A DNA stretch of 64,000 nucleotides from an uncultured Gammaproteobacteria bacterium (GTDB lineage: Bacteria > Patescibacteriota > Microgenomatia > Levybacterales > GWA1-39-11): NCBI GenBank assembly GCA_964627245.1, contig CAZVGS010000001.1, positions 153,256 through 217,255 on the forward strand, read 5' to 3'. Position numbers and translations under genes: made by a program. The stretch's first letter is position 1. Each line of letters opens with the position of its first letter. Below, piece after piece: positions 50,427 to 57,828 of the stretch. The notes beneath the pieces are model-generated. The model was not told the DNA's origin and searched no databases. It saw only the letters and a list, made by a program, of their open reading frames with translations.

Positions 50427-51689
50427 TTGATAATGATAAAAGCCAAAAGAATTCTCAAGTGCAGAGTTTGTAATAATAAAGATTTAGTCCCGTGCATAGA
50501 TATCGGCAAGCAGTACCTCTCCTCCATATTCCCAAAGAATAAAAATTACAAAAAAAACCAGTCGAAATATCCGCTATCATTGGTTCTGTGTAAAAAGCGT
50601 AATAATACTTGCGGAACACTACAGCTTGAATATTTTATTGATCTTACTGAAATGTATACAAATTACCCCTATTTGAGCGCAACAAATTCTTCAATGAAAT
50701 TACTTTTGGAAGATATAGCAAAAAGTTCCTTAAAGCATATTGAATTAACTAAAGACGATACCATCCTTGATATCGGAGGGAACGACGGTACGCTTCTTTC
50801 AAACCTCACAAAAACTAAAGCTTCTATGTTAACAATCGATCCAGCAAAAAATATAAAGCAAGAATTTTCGTACAAGAAATTTAAGTATGTTAATGATTAT
50901 TTCAGTAAAAAAACTTATGACAATTCTACAGACAAGAAATCCAAGCTTATTTTCTCTATTGCAATGTTTTACCACCTTTCAAATCCGGTAGAATTTTCTA
51001 AAGATGTTGAAAAATGTCTTGACGAAAATGGAATTTGGATAATTCAGATGGCATATCTGCCATCGATGCTAAAAACAAATATGTATGACAATATAGTTCA
51101 CGAACACGCAGGATACTACTCTCTCAATACAATGAAATGGATCATGGAGCGCGTAGGACTTGAGATATTTGATTGCGAGCTGAATGATGTTTATGGAGGG
51201 AGTTTTAGGATTTTTATAAAGAAAAAGAACAATAAAAGCATAAGGGTAAATAAAAGGGTAGCAAAAATCTTGTCAGATGAAGAAAAAATTGGAATTTATA
51301 AATTGAGCACTTATAGAAATTTCATGAAAAGTATTAGCAAAACAAAAGCTGATCTTCTAACACTTCTTACAAAACTAAAAAAGAGCAATAAATCTATCTG
51401 GGTTTACGGGGCCTCAACAAAAGGGAATACCATACTCCAATTTTGCGGAATTGATACAAAATTTATTACTGCAGCCGCTGATTCAAATCCGTTCAAATTT
51501 AATAAAATAATGATCGGGTCGGAGATCCCAATATTTGATGAGGAAAAAATGAGAAAGTCAAAACCTGATTATTTACTTTCGCTTCCATATAGCTTCACGT
51601 ATGCTTTTGTTGAAAGAGAAAGAAAATTAATCAAATCGGGAACAAAATTTATTGTCCCCCTGCCAAGGGTTAAGATAATTCCTAAGTAA
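50427..51689 (+). CDS. Zinc-ribbon SAM-dependent C-methyltransferase (paralog of the ORF at 34136..35422)
   Basis: The ribbon is CRVCNN...C-C. Motif I is ILDIGGNDG. Its length and domain order match the paralog. Confidence 0.65.
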   Translation: MIMIKAKRILKCRVCNNKDLVPCIDIGKQYLSSIFPKNKNYKKNQSKYPLSLVLCKKRNNTCGTLQLEYFIDLTEMYTNYPYLSATNSSMKLLLEDIAKSSLKHIELTKDDTILDIGGNDGTLLSNLTKTKASMLTIDPAKNIKQEFSYKKFKYVNDYFSKKTYDNSTDKKSKLIFSIAMFYHLSNPVEFSKDVEKCLDENGIWIIQMAYLPSMLKTNMYDNIVHEHAGYYSLNTMKWIMERVGLEIFDCELNDVYGGSFRIFIKKKNNKSIRVNKRVAKILSDEEKIGIYKLSTYRNFMKSISKTKADLLTLLTKLKKSNKSIWVYGASTKGNTILQFCGIDTKFITAAADSNPFKFNKIMIGSEIPIFDEEKMRKSKPDYLLSLPYSFTYAFVERERKLIKSGTKFIVPLPRVKIIPK

Positions 51690-51693
51690 CTTC

Positions 51694-53415
51694 TTAATTT
51701 CTAGTTTTCCCTTTAACAACATTAATAATGTACATAATTGTGCTCAATAGCATAACCATACTAATAATTTTTAGCAGTCTCAAATGAAACACATCTTGAT
51801 ACGAAAATTCAAGGAAGTGAATTCCCTTCTTCAAATAAATATTGTTGCGTCCTTCAGTATCAGGCTGCAAATTTATTTTTTTGCCGTCTACAAATGCACT
51901 CCAACCGGGGAAATATAACGTATTCTCAACAAGATCTATATCCTCCCTGCTGCTTACTAAATATGAATGCTTAGTACTATTTCTAAATACAGGACTTACA
52001 TGTAAACCTTCTCTTTCTTCTATCGGTCCGACAGGCAAGTTCTGAAACCACATATTGTCTACCTCTCTCCATTTCGAGTTAGCATACCAGTGCCCTTCAA
52101 CAACATTAGTACTGCCTCTTACTCCACTTATTATGAAGTCGTCATCGATATTAACCATTGACCTGTGGGACCAGTTGAGCATGGAGTTAATGATAGTAAA
52201 AACCAAAAGTATATATATAACAAACTTCTTCTCTTTTAACAATATCGCCAAATTACCCGCCAATATAGCACCAGTAAAGGTAACTAGTAACATCATTCTA
52301 GAGGATGCTGTTGAAAGAAATGAGCTATTTCCCCACAAAAACTCAGAGTAAGTGGAAGATAAAAATATAAAAACAACAAATGCCAAAGTCCAAAAAATTG
52401 TATTGATTTTTCCTTTGAGTTCATTCTTACTAAAAAGAACGAAGTGGCTAAGTAGGAAAAAAACAATAATACTTGTATATCCAATTGGTGAGCTTATTTG
52501 GCCAAATGGGCCTTGATACAAAAACCCAAAGAAGTAGGGTGAAAAAAGTAGTTCGTTCATGCGAAGCCCTGTATTTATGTCCTCAAAACTCATTTTTGTA
52601 GTAATTGTGAATTTTGAAAGTAATATAGGACCTAGCCACATATATGAGGTTGATAGTAGTGCTACAATAACCGCAAGAAAAAACAAGAATATTAACTTGA
52701 AGTTCTTAAGAACTATGCTTGAAATCAACGCGTAAGAGATTAGCAATAATATAGAGACAAACGAAATTAGCGCATGAGACAATATTAACATCGACAATAC
52801 AATTGACATTGCAAGTGCATTAAATAGGCTGTTTTTTTTTAGAATTTTTAAGCTGAAGTAAAATATGAGCGGCAAGAGTGTAAATGCTAGTATCTCACCG
52901 ATAGGAATTTTGAAGTATTGATTAACTAAGTGGTAAGGAGCGAATTGATACAATACTGCAGAACTAAATCCAGCAAGCTTGTTGTTAAACATCTTAACTC
53001 CTAATATGTACATAAATAATCCCGATATGAAAAAATTAATAGCAAGAAAAAGTTTCATGCTCGTAATTAATCCAAATCCTAAGAAATAAAATAGGCTTAA
53101 AATATAGTATGGGAGAACGTAATTAAAAATAAAAAGCGGATATCCATAGGTGTTGTTAAGAGTCCCAGCCCACGAAGGCATCAAATTTCCTTCTTTTAAT
53201 GACGTGATAAAATCAACCGTTCTATATAAATGTAGATTAAAATCACCGCTCTCATATGAACCTATTCGAAAAGTACTAAGCACCGGAATTGTAAGAAGAA
53301 GTAAAAGAATAAAAGTGAAATTTATTTTTTTTTGGGGATTAAGGTTCCTATATACTAATATTCCAATCAGTAAAATACTGATCGCAATCAAATTTATTAT
53401 TGTCATAAATTCCAA
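51694..53415 (-). CDS. YfhO-like GT-C membrane glycosyltransferase (tentative)
   Basis: It has an N-terminal SGDFNLHLYR motif in the first loop, about 12 TM helices, an extracytoplasmic domain and a final C-terminal TM anchor. Confidence 0.45.
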   Translation of the reverse strand: MEFMTIINLIAISILLIGILVYRNLNPQKKINFTFILLLLLTIPVLSTFRIGSYESGDFNLHLYRTVDFITSLKEGNLMPSWAGTLNNTYGYPLFIFNYVLPYYILSLFYFLGFGLITSMKLFLAINFFISGLFMYILGVKMFNNKLAGFSSAVLYQFAPYHLVNQYFKIPIGEILAFTLLPLIFYFSLKILKKNSLFNALAMSIVLSMLILSHALISFVSILLLISYALISSIVLKNFKLIFLFFLAVIVALLSTSYMWLGPILLSKFTITTKMSFEDINTGLRMNELLFSPYFFGFLYQGPFGQISSPIGYTSIIVFFLLSHFVLFSKNELKGKINTIFWTLAFVVFIFLSSTYSEFLWGNSSFLSTASSRMMLLVTFTGAILAGNLAILLKEKKFVIYILLVFTIINSMLNWSHRSMVNIDDDFIISGVRGSTNVVEGHWYANSKWREVDNMWFQNLPVGPIEEREGLHVSPVFRNSTKHSYLVSSREDIDLVENTLYFPGWSAFVDGKKINLQPDTEGRNNIYLKKGIHFLEFSYQDVFHLRLLKIISMVMLLSTIMYIINVVKGKTRN

Positions 53416-53422
53416 ACTATTT

Positions 53423-54442
53423 CTAAGGATCCCATAATCTTAGATAAAAATCGCATACCTTATTCCAAGTTTGCCTACTTGCCCAATAGTAGCCTTTATC
53501 GATTTTATTCGTAGCAGTTCCTTTTTCTATGCTTTTCCTTACAAAATTAACAATATCATTTTCATCCCTTGCAATTTGGACGTATTTCTTAAAAGGCGAC
53601 ATTTCCAAATAATCTTTCATTATTGGCGAGTTATATACAGCAATAACTTCTTTTTTTTGAACTAAAGCCTCAAGCATTGAGAGATAACGCGAAACAAAAA
53701 CAAATCTGTTTGAGGCTATTAAGTCTTCTACGTTTTCCTGAAACCCTAAAATGTTTACATCATCAGGTATTTTTGAGCCTAAACTTCCTTCTCCGACCAC
53801 CGTTAGTATAAATTTTGGATATTTTTTTTTGATTATCTTATAGGCTTTTATATATTGCAAAATTCCTGTTTGGTCATCAAGTCTTCCAAAAAAAACCGCG
53901 GATTGAGAACTTACTTTAGCATTTTCCCTTGTTAGCCTCACGCCACCATAGGTAACATAGGTTGGTCTTGCAAAATACCATTTTTTCATGAAATCTCCGA
54001 CACAAATCGACCCCTTAGTTGTAAATTCAGCAATTTTTCTTTGAATTATCCAGGACTTTTTAATTGGAAATCCCTCATAGCCGTGAAAAGTAATAGCACT
54101 CCTTTTATAAAAACCGAAAGGCAGCAATGGGTACAGCCAAAAGAAAACGTCATGTACGTGGACTATGTCAAATCTATAAAAGAACACCGCATTAAAAACA
54201 ACCCATTTCCATATATAGAACTTCTTAACCAGGCTGTTTGGTCCAATAGGAATTCTTACAACCTTTACCCTGTCAATAATTTCCGTTCTTTTGAGACCTG
54301 GCTCGAATTGCTCTGTCAAAACAACGACCTGATAACCCTTGTTAAGCAGCTCTTGAGTTAAAATTCTTACATGATTCTCGACACCGCCTATATGAGGATG
54401 GTATAATCTTGTAAGGAATAAAATTGTTTTTTTCTGTTTCAC
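53423..54442 (-). CDS. Glycosyltransferase family 1 (GT4-like)
   Basis: The N-terminus is HPHIGGVENHV. The C-terminal domain is GT-B. Confidence 0.8.
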   Translation of the reverse strand: MKQKKTILFLTRLYHPHIGGVENHVRILTQELLNKGYQVVVLTEQFEPGLKRTEIIDRVKVVRIPIGPNSLVKKFYIWKWVVFNAVFFYRFDIVHVHDVFFWLYPLLPFGFYKRSAITFHGYEGFPIKKSWIIQRKIAEFTTKGSICVGDFMKKWYFARPTYVTYGGVRLTRENAKVSSQSAVFFGRLDDQTGILQYIKAYKIIKKKYPKFILTVVGEGSLGSKIPDDVNILGFQENVEDLIASNRFVFVSRYLSMLEALVQKKEVIAVYNSPIMKDYLEMSPFKKYVQIARDENDIVNFVRKSIEKGTATNKIDKGYYWASRQTWNKVCDFYLRLWDP

Positions 54443-54601
54443 TCTGATATAGATAATATCATTTTTATATATTTTGATAATTTCATTTTGGATTGATTTG
54501 GCGGTCTAAACATTTTCAATACTCGATTTAGCACTCTCATTAACAAACTGCTAAACTGCAATGAACCGTCTTACTATTCGTGTATTGTATCAAACTATCA
54601 C

Positions 54602-55225
54602 ATGGTATTGATTGACAAAAATACCAAGAGTAAGGAGAATATAAAAAGCCGGGAAATAAAGATGAATATTTTTAGGAAAATTTACTACATTCTGTTCGAC
54701 CTTATACAGACTCTCGTTATTGCGGGTGCTATTTTTGTTGTCATATATGCCTTCTTATTCCGCCCATATCAAGTAAATGGACATTCTATGGATCCGACTT
54801 TTGAAAATGGTGAATATGTTCTTACAAACCTGATATCATTAAGGCTCTCGGATCTAAAAAGAGGAGACATAATAGTGTTTCATGCTCCTCCCGACAAGGA
54901 AAAAGATTATATCAAAAGGGTTATCGGTCTCCCCGGTGACAGAGTCAAGGTTTTGAATGGCGAAGTTTTTTTGAACGGGACAAAATTGGATCAGCTCTCA
55001 TTTTTGGATGCCGGGGTTTACACTAATGGCGGTTCTTTTCTTGGTGAGGGAGACGAAGTTGTCGTTCCCGAGGGCCAATATTTTACTATGGGTGATAATC
55101 GCGAATTTAGTTCCGATTCCAGAGAGTGGGGATTTGTAACTAAGGATAAAATAATTGGAAAATCATTTTTCGTTTACTGGCCACTAAATCATATGAGGGT
55201 GGTAGAACACAAGTCTTTACCTTAA
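54602..55225 (+). CDS. lepB: Signal peptidase I
   Basis: The catalytic Ser lies in GHSMDPT and the Lys in the KRVIGLPGD region. GDNREFSSDSREWGF is present. The internal ATG at 54662 (MNIFRK) is an alternative start. Confidence 0.85.
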   Translation: MVLIDKNTKSKENIKSREIKMNIFRKIYYILFDLIQTLVIAGAIFVVIYAFLFRPYQVNGHSMDPTFENGEYVLTNLISLRLSDLKRGDIIVFHAPPDKEKDYIKRVIGLPGDRVKVLNGEVFLNGTKLDQLSFLDAGVYTNGGSFLGEGDEVVVPEGQYFTMGDNREFSSDSREWGFVTKDKIIGKSFFVYWPLNHMRVVEHKSLP

Positions 55226-55275
55226 AAACGTAAATTTGGGCCATTTCTAGGCCTTAGGGGGCATATTTACGAAGC

Positions 55276-56097
55276 TCAAATCTCCAAAAGCCTCTGATAA
55301 ATCTTTTTCAACTCTTCTCCAGTCTTATCTTCCGATCCTTTAATGGTTATTATTATCTTTCCAAGAGCTCTTGATTGGTCAAATTTGACGTTCCAACCGT
55401 ATTTTTCACCTAAATTCTTAGCCATTTCATCCTGCTCGGGAATATAGATCTTGTCGCTCTTCTTTTGAGGCTCTTTCTTCTGAATTTCTGATTTTACCTG
55501 CCTTGCAACATCTTCCGCGCCCCTTACGCTTATACCCTCAACAAGGATCTTCTTGAATGCCTGAAGCATAAGTTTTGGATCGCCGATAGAAATAAGCGGC
55601 CTCACATGCCCTTCTGTTATCACTCCGGCAGCAAGAGCATCTTTTATAGCATCGGGAAGGGTTAAAAGCCTGATCGAGTTTGAAATGTAAGGCAATGATT
55701 TTCCGACTCTTTTGGCAACTTCGGTTACCGATAAATTGAACTCATCGATTAGCCTCTTGTATGCTTGTGCCCGCTCTATCGGATTAAGGTCTTCACGCTG
55801 GACATTCTCAACTATTGACATTTCAAGCATTTGTTGGGGAGTAGTTTGCTTTACCACAACAGGAACTTTAACAAGTCCGAGAATTTTTGCAGCTCTCCAT
55901 CGCCTTTCACCTGCAATAATTTGAAATCCCGCCGGAGTTTCGGCAACAACGATAGGCTCAAGAATTCCTTGTTCGCGAATCGAGTTAACTAAATCTGTTA
56001 ATGATTCAGGTGAAATTAGCCCTCTGGGCTGAAGGGGGTTTGGTTGGAGCAGAGTCAAGTCCAGTTCGACAATAGACATTGTCGCGTGATCATCCAT
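55276..56097 (-). CDS. parB: ParB/Spo0J-like partition protein (no parA in the vicinity)
   Basis: It has LTLLQPNPLQPRG, GERRWRAA (ParB box) and a C-terminal HTH. Confidence 0.8.
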   Translation of the reverse strand: MDDHATMSIVELDLTLLQPNPLQPRGLISPESLTDLVNSIREQGILEPIVVAETPAGFQIIAGERRWRAAKILGLVKVPVVVKQTTPQQMLEMSIVENVQREDLNPIERAQAYKRLIDEFNLSVTEVAKRVGKSLPYISNSIRLLTLPDAIKDALAAGVITEGHVRPLISIGDPKLMLQAFKKILVEGISVRGAEDVARQVKSEIQKKEPQKKSDKIYIPEQDEMAKNLGEKYGWNVKFDQSRALGKIIITIKGSEDKTGEELKKIYQRLLEI

Positions 56098-56109
56098 AAT
56101 AAGTCAATA

Positions 56110-56355
56110 CTATACAACTTCTATTACCTTTTTTCCACGGGCAATTTTGAACTGGACAGTCCCGTCGGAAATAGCATAAATAGTATAATCTTTTCCCATC
56201 CCTACTCCTATTCCAGGATGAAACTTAGTACCTTTTTGTCTAACGATGATATTGCCGGAGACTACTTTTTCTCCGCCGTAAACTTTTACGCCCAAGCGCT
56301 TTGCTATAGAATCTTTATTTCCTTTTACCGATCCTGCCGACTTTGTATGTGCCAT
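56110..56355 (-). CDS. rpmA: 50S ribosomal protein bL27
   Basis: The N-terminus is MAHTKSAGS... Confidence 0.95.
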   Translation of the reverse strand: MAHTKSAGSVKGNKDSIAKRLGVKVYGGEKVVSGNIIVRQKGTKFHPGIGVGMGKDYTIYAISDGTVQFKIARGKKVIEVV

Positions 56356-56679
56356 TTAAGCTTTTCCTCCCTTGATGCTGACAATCTCAATCTTAGTCAG
56401 TTGAGCCCTAAATCCTGTTGCTCTTCTGTATTTTGATTTGGCTCTGAATTTTGCGACTCTTACCTTATCTCCCTTAGACTGTTCTATTATTTTTGCTGTA
56501 ACTGCTGCTCCTGTAATGTAAGGCTTTCCAAGATCTGTTTTTCCGCCGTCTGAGGTCAAAAGAACTTCATCAAACGATATATTCTTTCCGTTTTCTCCTT
56601 CAATTTTATCAATCTCAAGTATGTTACCCGGACTGACCTTGTATTGTTTCCCTGACGCTTTGATTACTGCAAAATTCAT
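56356..56679 (-). CDS. rplU: 50S ribosomal protein bL21
   Basis: MNFAVIKASGKQYKV... is typical of bL21. Confidence 0.9.
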   Translation of the reverse strand: MNFAVIKASGKQYKVSPGNILEIDKIEGENGKNISFDEVLLTSDGGKTDLGKPYITGAAVTAKIIEQSKGDKVRVAKFRAKSKYRRATGFRAQLTKIEIVSIKGGKA

Positions 56680-56745
56680 AATGGAAAGTATTGTAGCAGA
56701 AAAGGTTCAAATATTCAATAAATTTCTCTTCCAATTCCGGAGATC

Positions 56746-57828
56746 TTAACCTATCTCAAGAGTCTTGTGCCTCTTACTCTCATAACCAATCGAGGACACG
56801 ATCCCCAACAGGATAAAACTGGTTATAAGCGAACTTCCTCCGTACGACACAAGAGGTAAAGTTACTCCAATTATCGGCATTATTCCTATGTTCATTCCGA
56901 TATTCGTAACGGACTGAGTTAAAAAGAGGAAAAAAACACCGATTACGATAAGGTAAGCGTAAGTTTCATCCAGTCTTGAGGCTATTTTGTAAATACGGTA
57001 CAGCAGAAAGAAGAGAAGCAAAATAACACTTAATCCTCCTAAAAATCCCAAACCCTCAGAAATTGAAGCGAAAATGAAATCAGTTTGCCTTTCAGGCAAA
57101 AACCGTAAAACCGACTGGGTACCTTCACCAAGCCCTTTACCAAAAAACCCTCCGCTGCCGATTGAAATCAGGGCTTGGATTGCATTGTATGATGAACCTG
57201 ACGGATCGGATGTAAGATTGAAAAGTGTTGTTATTCTTTCACGCTGGTAAGGCTTTAGAAGCTGGAAAATAATTGGTGCAGGCAAGACAACCAGCAAGAA
57301 AGAGGCGGCGTAAAAATAAATTGGGAATCCATACATCAAAAGCATACCTGAAATAGTTCCGAGATACATTAGTGCGGTTCCGGTATCCGGCTGACGCAAA
57401 ATAAGAAAAAATACCGGCAAAGAAATTAGTATCGTCATGATGTATTTTATAGCCATCGAGTATTTTTTATATGCCAGAAAATATGCTATTGAAACTATAA
57501 AAAAGGGTTTTAAGAGTTCCTCTATTTGAAGGCTGATCCCGAAAATTACCAACCAGCTTCTGCTGCTGTTTATTTCTACACCAAAGGTCAAAACCACCAA
57601 AAACATTACAATTATGAATGCATAAACTAGCTTCGGATACATAGCAAAGAACCTGTAATCAATGTTAAGAAAAATAAAATATAAAAATATTCCTGCAAGA
57701 AGAAAAATGGACTGTTGTCTGAAAAAAGTTACATCAATTGAAAAAAGTGTTGACAGACTTATTGCTACTAAAAGCAGGGCAGGTATAAGCAGTGAAAAGT
57801 CTATCCTATGGATGGAAAAACGGTTCAT
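56746..57828 (-). CDS. SEDS family peptidoglycan glycosyltransferase (FtsW/RodA)
   Basis: It has about 10 TM helices and a conserved SEDS C-terminal region (GVTLPLVSYGGSS). It abuts the ileS stop. Confidence 0.85.
   Translation of the reverse strand: MNRFSIHRIDFSLLIPALLLVAISLSTLFSIDVTFFRQQSIFLLAGIFLYFIFLNIDYRFFAMYPKLVYAFIIVMFLVVLTFGVEINSSRSWLVIFGISLQIEELLKPFFIVSIAYFLAYKKYSMAIKYIMTILISLPVFFLILRQPDTGTALMYLGTISGMLLMYGFPIYFYAASFLLVVLPAPIIFQLLKPYQRERITTLFNLTSDPSGSSYNAIQALISIGSGGFFGKGLGEGTQSVLRFLPERQTDFIFASISEGLGFLGGLSVILLLFFLLYRIYKIASRLDETYAYLIVIGVFFLFLTQSVTNIGMNIGIMPIIGVTLPLVSYGGSSLITSFILLGIVSSIGYESKRHKTLEIG

Noticed and set aside
25840-54442. Glycan locus as a horizontally acquired genomic island or mobile element
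   Set aside because: There is no integrase, transposase or flanking direct repeats. There is no tRNA at the boundaries; the two tRNAs are 19 kb away. The only hint is an impression of lower GC, which is insufficient to call a mobile element.
55226-55275. Bidirectional terminator between convergent lepB and parB
   Set aside because: There is only a weak 4-bp GGCC...GGCC pairing and no convincing stem plus T-tract.
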